Position numbers and translations under genes: made by a program. 64,000 nucleotides of DNA from Rhodothermales bacterium (GTDB taxonomy: Bacteria; Bacteroidota; Rhodothermia; Rhodothermales; VXPQ01). Below, one piece after another: positions 19,501 to 28,200 of the stretch. How positions within the stretch are numbered: the stretch's first letter is position 1; each line of letters opens with the position of its first letter. The notes under the pieces were generated by a model that had not been told where the DNA came from, did no database searches, and saw nothing but the letters and a program-made list of their open reading frames with translations. The stretch lies in NCBI GenBank assembly GCA_965223485.1, contig OZ244993.1, positions 1,513,527 to 1,577,526 of the forward strand. The letters are read 5' to 3'.

Positions 19501-21992
19501 GACTCCGTCCGTGAAGTCTTGTTGGAACCTTCGCCGTCCCTGTAGCGTGTTGCCGTGGCCCGCAAGTACTTGCCTCGTCTCGCTTCCGTCGGCAGGTAAT
19601 CGGCCTGGGTCGCCCCGTCGATGTTGGTCCAGGTGGTCTTGTCCGAGGACTCGGCCCACCGCCAGGACACGGCGCTGAGATCGCCATCCGGATCGGTGAG
19701 GGTGGCCCGGACCACCGTCCGCACCCGGAGTTGCGCCGGGAACAGCGACACGGTGCCGTCCTCATCCACGTTCTTGACGGTCACGACCAGATCTTCCGTA
19801 TCCGTGTGGGTGCCGTCGTCGACCTGCACCGTCACTTCATAGACGTTGTCTTCGTTACTGTCGGTCGGGCTCTCATAGTCCGGGGCCGCCGCGAAGGCCA
19901 GGACGCCAGCGTCGCTCAGCGTGAACCGGCCCGCGTCCGCGCCGCCCACTCTTGACCACTCCAGGTCTGCCGCGGCGGTGTCCTGGTCCTCCGCGGTCAA
20001 GGTCTCCACCACTGTCTTCCCCTCATCGACAGTGAAGGTCACCTCACTGGTGAACGACGGCGCCGCGTTGGCGTCCGTCGCGCCGCTGCCCGCGTCCGAC
20101 CAGTCGCCCGTGCCCTCGTCGTTGGTCGCCCGCACCTGCACCTGGTAGGACGTGTTCTCCGACAGGCCCGTGAGCGTCGCCGTGGTGGCCGTGCCGGCGT
20201 AGTTGCCGTCCGTCCAGCTCCCACTCGCGCCTTCCCGGTACTGCACGTCGTAGTCGTCGATCGCAGGACCCGCGTTCGACGGCGCCGACCAGTTCACCGT
20301 CAGGCTCGTCGCCGACGCCGCCGACACGTTCGGCGCGTCCGGCTTGCCCGGCGCCTCGCCGGCGACGTCCGTCACCGTCACCGTGATCGTCCGGGTGGCC
20401 GTCTTGACCCGCTCCCCCGCGCCGCTGGTGGCCTGCACCTCGACCGCGTAGGTGTTGTTGGCGCCATCGTCCTTGGCGTCCTCGAAGTTGGGCGCCGCGT
20501 CGAACGTCAGCGCGCCGTCCGTCGCCCCGATCTCGAACAGCGCCTGGTCCGCGCCGCCGGTGATCGCGTAGCCCGTGACGTCGTCGCCCGCGTCGGAGTC
20601 CGTCGCCAGCACCGTGCCCGCCGTCCTCTGGTTCTCCGCCGCGTCGAACGCGGCGGGCGAGTCGAACGTCGGCGCCGTATTGAGGACCTTCAGGATCGTG
20701 AAGTCGTCCCGGATGTCCCCGCCACCGTCCAGAAACACGGCGTCAAGACGGTTCCCGTTCACGTCGAGCACCACCGACCCCAAAGTCGCCATCGAAACGA
20801 CCATGGCCGGGTGGCCAAACGGCCCTTCCTTGCGTTTGCCCGAGGAGCCGGCTACGACATACACGGCGCCGGCGTGCGGCGCGGCAACCGTTGCGGGTTT
20901 TTGATAGGCCCCGTCGCCTGTTGCGCTGCCGTCGCCGGGACTCTTCTTCATCGCGTCGGTGAAGGTCTCGGACAGCCCATAGTGGCTATCAATGAGATGC
21001 GAACGCTCGTAGGAGTGGCTATGCGCGGCGAGCACCAGATCGACGCCGTACTGCTCGACAAGGGGCACGGCGTTCTGCCGCATCTCAATCGAGCGCTCTT
21101 GGGTGTCGGAGTCGCGCGTTCCCTTGGAATAGGGGGGGTGGTGCCAGAACGCGATGACCCATTCCTTGTCGGTCGCCTGCAGATCCTCTTCCAGCCAGGT
21201 CATCATCGCCCCGTCCGGCGAGCGATCGGTTTCGTAGGAGTCCAGGACAATGAAGTGGATATTCCCGTAGTCGAAGGAGTAGTAGGCTTCCGTCCCTGAG
21301 GGGACTCCGCCGGCTTCGCCGTTGCGAGGGAGCGAAAAAATGTCGTAATAGGGACCACTCTCGGTGATCGAGTCGGCCGTGTGGCCGTCATGGTTTCCGA
21401 GCGTCGGCCAGAGCACGGTCCTGGCCAGCACCTGCGGGTAGATCTCGAAAACCGCGCTCTGGTACTCAGCATCGGTTCCGTCGCCGTAGGCGTTGTCGCC
21501 CAGCATGATCCAGAGGTCCGGGTCGCGCGGCCCGGTGAAATTCAGAAAGGCATCCCGGACGGCTCCGGCATTGGCGGTTGCGGTGCCGGAACATCCGATG
21601 ACCCAGATTCGCGTCGGCTTCGCCGTGCCGGGATCGGGAGCGGTGACGACGAAATGATCGTCGTCGCCGCCGGCCAGCGTGCCCGATGAGGCGCCCACGG
21701 AATAGAAGTACTTGACGTCGGCGGACAAGCCCGTGAGTTGCACTGCGTGCTCGGTTGTGGAGTCGGAGTTCGTTGCCGACAGCGTCAGGCTGTTCGGGGC
21801 GAGGCCGTAACGCACCACGCTATCGGTCGTTTCGTCTGTTCGCCACTTGACGATGACGCCCGATGGCGTGCCGCTTTGCAGATAGGGGCCTCGAACGACC
21901 GTCTGCGCATAGGCCAGAGCCGGCAGGAGCGCCGCGAGCCAGGCCGCGACCGCGAGCGCGCGGCCGGACGGGAGTGATTTTTTCATGCCCAT
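13533..21992 (-). CDS. giant T9SS-secreted multidomain surface protein (2819 aa)
   Basis: Domain order: signal peptide; purple-acid-phosphatase-like metallophosphoesterase (GDNAYG, GNHD, AAHSHSYER); alternating cadherin-like and FN3 modules; two PQQ-dependent sugar dehydrogenase-type propellers (YSYGHRN(P/V)QGLA, GPTVDDEINLL, NYGWDP); PPETPTDPVA x4 linker; T9SS CTD (NYPNPFNPST...VMVLVR). Confidence 0.92.
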   Translation of the reverse strand: MGMKKSLPSGRALAVAAWLAALLPALAYAQTVVRGPYLQSGTPSGVIVKWRTDETTDSVVRYGLAPNSLTLSATNSDSTTEHAVQLTGLSADVKYFYSVGASSGTLAGGDDDHFVVTAPDPGTAKPTRIWVIGCSGTATANAGAVRDAFLNFTGPRDPDLWIMLGDNAYGDGTDAEYQSAVFEIYPQVLARTVLWPTLGNHDGHTADSITESGPYYDIFSLPRNGEAGGVPSGTEAYYSFDYGNIHFIVLDSYETDRSPDGAMMTWLEEDLQATDKEWVIAFWHHPPYSKGTRDSDTQERSIEMRQNAVPLVEQYGVDLVLAAHSHSYERSHLIDSHYGLSETFTDAMKKSPGDGSATGDGAYQKPATVAAPHAGAVYVVAGSSGKRKEGPFGHPAMVVSMATLGSVVLDVNGNRLDAVFLDGGGDIRDDFTILKVLNTAPTFDSPAAFDAAENQRTAGTVLATDSDAGDDVTGYAITGGADQALFEIGATDGALTFDAAPNFEDAKDDGANNTYAVEVQATSGAGERVKTATRTITVTVTDVAGEAPGKPDAPNVSAASATSLTVNWSAPSNAGPAIDDYDVQYREGASGSWTDGNYAGTATTATLTGLSENTSYQVQVRATNDEGTGDWSDAGSGATDANAAPSFTSEVTFTVDEGKTVVETLTAEDQDTAAADLEWSRVGGADAGRFTLSDAGVLAFAAAPDYESPTDSNEDNVYEVTVQVDDGTHTDTEDLVVTVKNVDEDGTVSLFPAQLRVRTVVRATLTDPDGDLSAVSWRWAESSDKTTWTNIDGATQADYLPTEARRGKYLRATATRYRDGEGSNKTSRTESNAVVGAREPGPELSVKTLVSGLRFPWGIAFTPDGTMLFTERDGHPQQDPLPDPPEGLSSLRPDGTLQTVSADFSDLDTDENGGVMGLEVDPDFVDNRRIYICQQHTGSVIQVVAWTIDATYTTASRANDPLVGNIPRVDNHNGCRLRFGPDGNLWISTGDTEAIGTVPQDLNSLGGKILRVDPLTGAAPADNPFPGSLVYSYGHRNPQGLALRPGTRQMWAVEHGPTVDDEINLLRAGANYGWDPVPTDENGDPTSGYDDTAPMTDLVKFPGAVEARWSSGDPTLATSGGIFLEGEQWGLWEGRLAVATLKGRSLRIFEFTEDGTFVSHVVPEELDHFGDRDHRLRTPMIGPDHALYLSTSTRGWRDEILRVTPQQPPEFPNDADTRQVTENTGGDMVVATVEATDYNHDELTYTLDGADRESFYILDENIGELRVRSTTQLDFETRREYEVTVTATDAQNTSDTVTLTIEVIDIEHEGTVSLPLTQPRVGSPVQASLSDPDGGVTGATWQWERSDDGVTGWEDIDGARSASYTPGTDDIGKYLRATATYTNTHGPGKTAQSVTSDAVGAVPNSDPEFPSAPVVRRVAEHTPEGQPIGSPVEADDTDGDPLRYTLSGRDGNLFGINTSSGQLLTRAALDYEVANEYEVDVSVSDGKDTNAVSDDNKVDDSVRVTIEVTNVDEPGSVSLLPAQLRVWTVVRATLSDPDGVDLHAVSWQWAASSDGVSWTPVPAPEGTQADYAPTDIVQGQYLRATASYTDGQGAGKRAEVVSDNVVGERESGPELTVVPLVSGLSVPWGVAFAPDGTMLFTERGDRLSSRLTDGTVQSVSADFDDLLVSGEAGLMAIVVDPAFASNRRFYTCQAHTGRVVQVIAWTFNDDTYTAATRAEDPLVGNIPAASRHSGCRLRFGPQGYLWIATGDASAGTVPQDRNSLGGKILRVDPLTGAAPADNPFPGSLVYSYGHRNVQGLARRPGTNQMWSVEHGPTVDDEINLLSAGGNYGWDPVPGYNEGVPMTDLVKFPGAVEARWSSGNHTLATSGGIFLEGEDWGEWDGRLAVAALKAQLLHVFEFTADGAFASRVAVAALAGAYGRLRTPMLGPDGALYVTTSNGRGQDKILRVSASRAPAFLTDTETRNVAENDNISTFVAKVLALDSDGDTLTYTLSGPEAESFSIPDAAVGAIQANVAFDYEAKRAYEVTVTATDPQGLNDSTTLTINVTDTDEPPAAPGAPMVSAKARTTDSLDVIWTAPANDGPAITDYDHRHRTASPAGSWTEVTDTAITGTRATIAGLAEGTSYDVQVRATNDEGAGAWSDSGSGSTNANAAPSFVSSAAFGAAENQTAAGTVRASDGDSVDDVTGYAITGGADRAFFSIGAPSGALTFDAAPNYEDAKDQGTDNTYAVEVRATSGTGERERTATQAITVTVTDVGGEAPGRPAAPNVSAASATSLNVGWSAPANAGPAITDYDHRHRTASPAGSWTEVTDTAITGTRATIAGLAEGTSYDVQVRATNDEGAGAWSDSGTDSTDANAAPSFTSNAEFDAAENQTAAGTVRASDNDPEDDITGYAITGGADRSFFSIGATSGTLTFDAGPNFEDARDQGADNIYAVEVRATSGTGERERTATQAITVTVTDVGGEAPGRPAAPDVSAASATSLTVNWSAPSNAGPAIDDYDVQYREGASGSWTDGNYAGTATTATITGLSENTSYDVQVRATNDEGAGDWSDAGSGATDANAAPTFNSSATFDAAENQTAAGTVRATDSDSDDDVAGYAITGGADRTFFSIGATSGALTFKAAPNFEDAKDQGADNTYVVEVTATSGAGERVKTATQTITVTVTDMDTEAPEPEDEEEDAPPETPTDPVAPPETPTDPVAPPETPTDPVAPPETPTDPVATVAVESEEPPDRVALIGNYPNPFNPSTGIVYELPEPGPVRLAVYDMIGREVRVLVDAHRTAGRHTVRFDAEGLPTGTYACVLTAGSVAITRVMVLVR
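13828..13947. repeat. 4 x 30-bp tandem repeat encoding a PPETPTDPVA linker
   Basis: GCGACGGGATCGGTCGGCGTTTCGGGCGGT repeats head to tail. The first three copies are identical. Confidence 0.9.
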
Positions 21993-22002
21993 TTATTACT
22001 GT

Positions 22003-22046
22003 AAATATATAAGGGCGCGTTTGCAACAAGCTGTGAAGAACGCCGG
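22003..22046 (-). promoter_or_regulatory. candidate Bacteroidota-type promoter shared by giant genes 1 and 2
   Basis: The minus strand reads CGGCGTTCTTCACAGCTTGTTGCAAACGCGCCCTTATATATTTAC followed by AGTAATAA-ATG. It has a TTG element and a TAnnTTTA element. A near-copy lies at 30286-30333. Confidence 0.35.
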
Positions 22047-22150
22047 CGCAGCCTGCTTCTTCGGCGGGCATGGGATGCGTGGGGAATGAATACCTTACGA
22101 GGCATGGGCCGCGCCGCGCCTCCTGTACGCGACGTTCGCCCGCCTGCGGC

Positions 22151-22265
22151 TCGCTTCAAGAGCAGCATCGTACGCACAACGATCTCGCGTACCGCTTGGC
22201 AAGTCGCCCGCTCCGAAACGCACCGCATGATTGCCCGCAGGCTTCGATCGGTCGACCCGGATCGC
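22151..22265 (-). pseudogene. second, more decayed copy of the fossil CTD fragment
   Basis: Aligns to 13393-13533 but carries an internal deletion of about 25 nt. The former stop TGA has changed to CGA. Confidence 0.55.
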
Positions 22266-25200
22266 TACCGGACGAGAACCATTACCCGGGTAATGGCGAC
22301 CGACCCCGCGGTCAGTACGTAGGCGTACGTTCCCGTGGGGAGTCCCTCGGCGTCGAACCGCACGGTATGCCTGCCGGCGGTCCGATGGGCGTCCACAAGC
22401 ACCCGCACCTCGCGTCCGATCATGTCGTAGACGACGAGCCGGACCGGTCCGGGTTCGGGCAGTTCGTAAACGATCCCGGTCGACGGATTGAACGGGTTGG
22501 GATAGTTAACCATCAACGCCACGCGATCCGGCAGTTCTTCGGATTCGACGGCGACCGTATGGAGATGGTAGACGTTGTCTTCTTCCGGCGGTCCGTCTTC
22601 TTCCGGCGGTCCGTCTTCTTCTTCCGGCGGTCCGTCTTCTTCCGGCGGTCCGTCTTCTTCCGGCGGTCCGTCTTCTTCTTCCGGCGGTCCGTCTTCTTCC
22701 GGCGGTCCGTCTTCTTCTTCCGGCGGTCCGTCGAGCGTCGCGTCCTCGCTGTCGGTCGCCTCCGCATCGGCCACCGACAGCGACCCCGCGTCGTCGTCCT
22801 CCTCGACCACGAGGACATCGGGAAGGATGAGGCCGTTGTACGACGGGTCCCTGCTGTGCACGTGGTTCAGGAAGATGCGCTCGCCGTCCGCCGCGTCGTC
22901 GTCGGGCGCCGCCCGGATTTCCATCCAGATCGGCATCTCCCACTCGTCCGGCGCGATCGGCAGCACCGTGTGGGTCGGCAAGACGCGCAGGTCCTCGTCG
23001 CCGTCGAACTGAATCCCGCGCAGGTGGACCGTGTGCGTCGGCCGGGTGTTCAGCTTGAGCCCGTAGCGCCCCCGGGTGCTCTCGCGAATCACCAGCCGGT
23101 ACCCGGCGAGCGGATTGCCGTCGGTATCGACGATCGTGACCCCGGAGCCCGCCGCCGGTTGCGTCGTCCCGACGTCGACCTTGTGGCCGGACTGCGGACC
23201 GAGCGCCGCATGGGAGAGGTCCGCGTCGACACCCGTCGCGGCGCTCCGGATGCGCGCGCCGCCGAGCCGTATCGCGTCCGAGCGGACCGCCACGCCGTCG
23301 TCGTCGCGGTCGCCGGGCTTCACCGTGTAGCCGAAATGCAGCTTGACCCCTTCCGGCCGGGGCCGAGGCGGCGGAGCGCCCCGGACATAGTCGGTGTCGG
23401 TCAGCCCCCAGTACCGGGCCTCGCGCCCCGTCCCGCCCAGGTCGAACGCCAGCGCCAGCTGGCTCGTCACCCGCACCTTCTCGGACCAAGTCAGCGTGAA
23501 CACGATTATATCGCCAAACCCGTAGACATCCTCATACCCGTCCCGTTGCGGCCAGCTCCTCACCTCCAGCGATGAGATCGTGGGGGCGTCAGCCTCCGGC
23601 GGCGTGTTGGTCCGCACGTTCGCCAACGCCGTCCAGGGGCTCGGCCCCATGGCGCTCAGCGCCCGCACCTGCACCTGGTAGGCGGTGTTCGCCTCAAGCC
23701 CCGTGATCGTCGCCGTGGTGGCGGTGCCGGTGTGGTCCCAGTTGCTCCAGCTCCCGCTGGCGCCTGCCCGGTATTGCACGTCGTAGCCGGTGATGGCCGA
23801 GCCGCCCTCCGGCGCCCTCCAGGTCACCGTCACGCTCGTGGACGAACCCCCCACCGGCTCCGCCTGCAGATCCTGCGGCATCGGCGCCGCGTTGGCGTCC
23901 GTCGCGCCGCTGCCCGCGTCCGACCACGAGCCCGTGTCCTCGGCGTTGGTGGCGCGCACCTGCACCTGATAGGACGTGTTCTCCGACAGGCCCGTCAGCG
24001 TCGCCGTCGTGGCCGTGCCGTTGTAGTTGCCGTTCGTCCAGCTTCCGCTCGTGCCCTCCCGGTACTGCACGTCGTAGTCCGTGATCGCCGGGCCCGCGTT
24101 GTCGGGCGCCGACCAGTTCACGCTCAGGCTCGTCGTCGACGCCGCCGACACCGTCGGCGCCCCCGGCTTGCCCGGCGCCTCCGTGTTCACGTCCGTCACC
24201 GTCACCGTGACCGTCTGGGTCGCCGTCTTCACCCGCGTGCCCGCGCCGCTGGTCGCCGTGACCGTCACCACGTAGTCGTTGTCCGTGTCGGAATCCTTCG
24301 CGTCCTCGAAGTTGGGCGCCTCGTTGAACGTCAGCGCCCCCGAGGTCGCCCCGATCGAGAAGAACGCCTGGTCCTCCCCGCCGGTGATCGCGTAGCCCGT
24401 GACGTCGTCGTCCGCGTCGGAGTCCGTCGCCAGCACCGTGCCCGCCGCCGTCTCGTTCTCGGCCACGCTGATCGTTGCCAAAGAACTGAACACCGGCGCC
24501 GCGTTGGCGTCCGTCGCGCCGCTGCCCGCGTCCGACCACGAGCCCGTGCCCTCGGCGTTGGTGGCGCGCACCTGCACCTGATAGGACGTGTTCTCCGACA
24601 GGCCCGTCAGCGTCGCCGTCGTGGCCGTGCCGTTGTAGTTGCCGTTCGTCCAGCTTCCGCTCGTGCCCTCCCGGTACTGCACGTCGTAGTCCGTGATCGC
24701 CGGGCCCGCGTTGTCGGGCGCCGACCAGTTCACGCTCAGGCTCGTCGCCGACGCCGGCGCCGGCGACACCGCCGGCGCGGCCGGCTTGCCCGGCGCCTCG
24801 CCAGCCACGTCCGTCACCGTCACCGTGATCGTCTGCGCCGCCGTCTTCACCCGCGTGCCCGCGCCGCTGGTCGCCGTGACCGTCACCACGTAGTCGTTGT
24901 CCGTGTCGGAATCCTGCGCGTCCTCGAAGTTCGGCGCCGCGTCGAAGGTCAGCGCCCCGTCCGTCGCCCCGATCGAGAAGAACGTCTGGTCCGCGCCGCC
25001 GGTGATCTCGTAGCCCGTGACGTCGTCGTCCGCGTCGGAGTCCGTCGCCAGCACCGTGCCCGCCGCCGTCTCGTTCTCGGCCACGCTGATCGTTGCCAAA
25101 GAACTGAACACCGGCGCCGCGTTCGCGTCCGTCGCGCCGCTGCCCGCGTCCGACCACGAGCCCGTGCCCTCGTCGTTGGTCGCCCGCACCTGCACGTCGT

Positions 25201-28200
25201 AGGACGTGTTCTCGGCCAGGCTCCCGATCGTCGCCGACAGCGTCGTGATCGTCGTGCCGGTCACCTCCGTCCACGTGCCCTCCGGCGAGGTCGTCCGGTG
25301 GCGGTAGTCGTAGTCGGTGATCGCCGGACCCGCATTGGACGGCGCCGACCAGTTCACCGTCAGGCTGGTCACCGACGCCGCCGCCACCATCGGCGCGTCC
25401 GGCTTGCCCGGCGCCTCGCCGCTCACGTCCGTCACCGTCACCGTGACCGTCTGGGTCGCCGTCTTCACCCGCGTGCCCGCGCCGCTGGTCGCCGTCACTA
25501 CCACCACGTATTGGTTGTTGCCGGCGGCATTGGCCGGATCGACACTCACAATGTCCTTGGCGTCCTCGAAGTTCGGCGCCGACTTGAACGTCAGCGCGCC
25601 TGTGGTCGCGCCGATCTCGAACAGCGCCTGGTCCGCCCCGCCCGTGATCGCGTAACCCGTGACGTCGTCGCCCGCATCAGAATCGGCCGCCAGCACCGTG
25701 CCCGCCACCGTCTGGTTCTCCGCCGCGTCGAACGTCGCCGACGAGCTGAACGTCGGTGCCGCGTTGGCGGCCTCGGCCGTGCTGCCGGTTCCCGAGTCCG
25801 ACCAGTCGCCGGTGCCCTCGGCGTTGGTGGCGCGCACCTGCACGTCGTAGGACGTGTTCTCGGCCAGGCTCCCGATCGTCGCCGACAGCGTCGTGATCGT
25901 CGTGCCGGTCACCTCCGTCCACGTGCCCTCCGGCGAGGTCGTCCGGTGGCGGTAGTCGTAGTCGGTGATCGCCGGACCCGCGTTGGACGGCGCCGTCCAC
26001 GTCACCGTCAGGCTCGTCGCCGACGCCGCCGACACCGCCGGCGCGGCCGGCTTGCCCGGCGCTTCGCCGGCCACGTCGATGACCGTCACCGTGACCGTCT
26101 GCGCCGCCGTCTTCACCCGCGTGCCCGCGCCGCTGGTCGCCGTGACCGTCACCACGTAGGTGTTGTTGCTCTCCTCGTCCTTCGCGTCCTCGTAGTTGGG
26201 CGCCGCGTCGAACGTCAGCGCCCCCGAGATCGCCCCGATGGAGAAGAACGCCTGGTCCGCCCCGCCGGTGATCGCGTAGCCCGTGACGCTGTCGTCCGAA
26301 TCGCTGTCGGTCGCCAGCACCGTGCCGGCCACCGTCTGGTTCTCCTTCGCGTCGAACGTCGCCGACGAGCTGAACGTCGGCGCCGCGTTGGCGGCCTCGG
26401 CCGTGCTGCCGGTTCCCGAGTCCGACCAGTCGCCGGTGCCCTCGTCGTTGGTGGCCCGCACCTGCACGTCGTAGGACGTGTTCTCGGCCAGGCTCCCGAT
26501 CGTCGCCGACAGCGTCGCGATCGTCGTGTTCGTGACCTCCGTCCACGCGCCCTCCGGCGACGCCGTCCGGTGGCGGTAGTCGTAGTCGGTGATCTCCGGG
26601 CCCGCGTTCGACGGCGCCGACCACGTCACCGTCAGCCTCGTCGTCGACACCGACGACAACGTCGGCGCGGCCGGCTTGCCCGGCGCCTCCGTGTTCACGT
26701 CCGTCACCGTCACCGTGATCGTCTGCGCCGCCGTCTTCACCCGCGTGCCCGCGCCGCTCGTCGCCGTCACTACCACCACGTATTGGTTGTTGCCGGCGGC
26801 ATTGGCCGGATCGACACTCACAATGTCCTGGGCGTCCTCGTAGTTGGGCGCCGCGTCGAACGTCAGCGCCCCGTCCGTCGCCCCGATGGAGAAGAACGCC
26901 TCATCCGCCCCGCCCGTGATCTCGTAGCCCGTGACGTCGTCGTCCGCATCGCTGTCCGCCGCCAGCACCGTGCCCGCCACCGTCTGGTTCTCCGCCGCGT
27001 CGAACGCCGCATCCGAGCTGAACGACGGCGCCGCGTTGACGTTCAGCCGCACCGTGACCACGGACCCGCTCGCCGGCGGGTCCTTGTCGTCCGGGGCGTA
27101 CGCATTGTTGAAACGGAAGTGCCCACTCTCACGGTCGGGACTCAATAACAGAATCGTGTCGTCGGCAAACGAAAAGCTGTCGTCGCCGAGCTGCAACGTC
27201 CACGTACCGACGCGATCGTGCACGCTACTCGGGGGCGCCGGATCTAACTCCAGGTGCAGGTTTTGCCTGCCCTGGTAGGGATTGTCCTCGGGAGAGCGAT
27301 TGTTCCCCCAATTCCAACTGATGCCCAGGATCGTGTAGGTCGTTCCGTCGAAGGTGAAGTCCGTATTGATCAATTGACCGAAGGGGCTCGAAAAGACCTC
27401 GGTCGCTGTCCAAGCGGTGGGGCTGGCGTATCCTATCGGGGTTTCATTGTGGAAGAGAGTTGCTTCGTTTCCAACGCTGATAGGTGTCGTTTCGACCCCC
27501 ATGACACTGCACCAGGCGTCGCCCGCGTTCAGCGTGCAGGGCTCTGGCTCGGCACTGGTGCTGACTGCGTCGGAGGGTTCGGACCAGTCGCTGTCTATCT
27601 CATCGGTCTCGACCTGCATCCGCACCTGGTATTCGGTCTCCGCCGCCAGCCCGGTGATGATCAGGCTTCTTTCCTTGCTCCCGGCGTGGCCGAAGGTCGT
27701 CCACTCGCCTGTCGTGCCCTCGCGGTACTGCACCTTGAAGCCAGTCGAGCCCGGGCCGTCGTTCAGATCCGGTGTGGCCCATCTCGCCCGCAGGGTCGTG
27801 GACGAGGCCGGGCTTTGCTCCAGTATCGGCTCGGCCGGCTTGGCCGCTTGCTCCTCCACGTCGGTCACGGTCACAAAGAGCGTCTGTTCCGCGTGCAGCG
27901 GGGCCTCCCCGAACCTGATCAAGCTCGCCCGGACGTCCACGGTATACCAATAAGAGCGCTCAGGGCCAGGTTGCTCGAAGCTCTGCGGATTGACGAAGTT
28001 CACCTCTGCCGACTCGTAGCCGGTCGATACGATCGAGAAGAGATTGTCGGGCGCGTCGAAGGGGCCGTACCTGAGGATCTCGCAGCAGCTCCCGGTCGTC
28101 GTCATCAGCGTGCCCACGAACGTGGTGTTCTCCTCCACCGTGAGCACATTCGGCCCGATGAAGGAGGGCGGCCTGTCTTCATCGTCGGGGGGGGCGGTAC

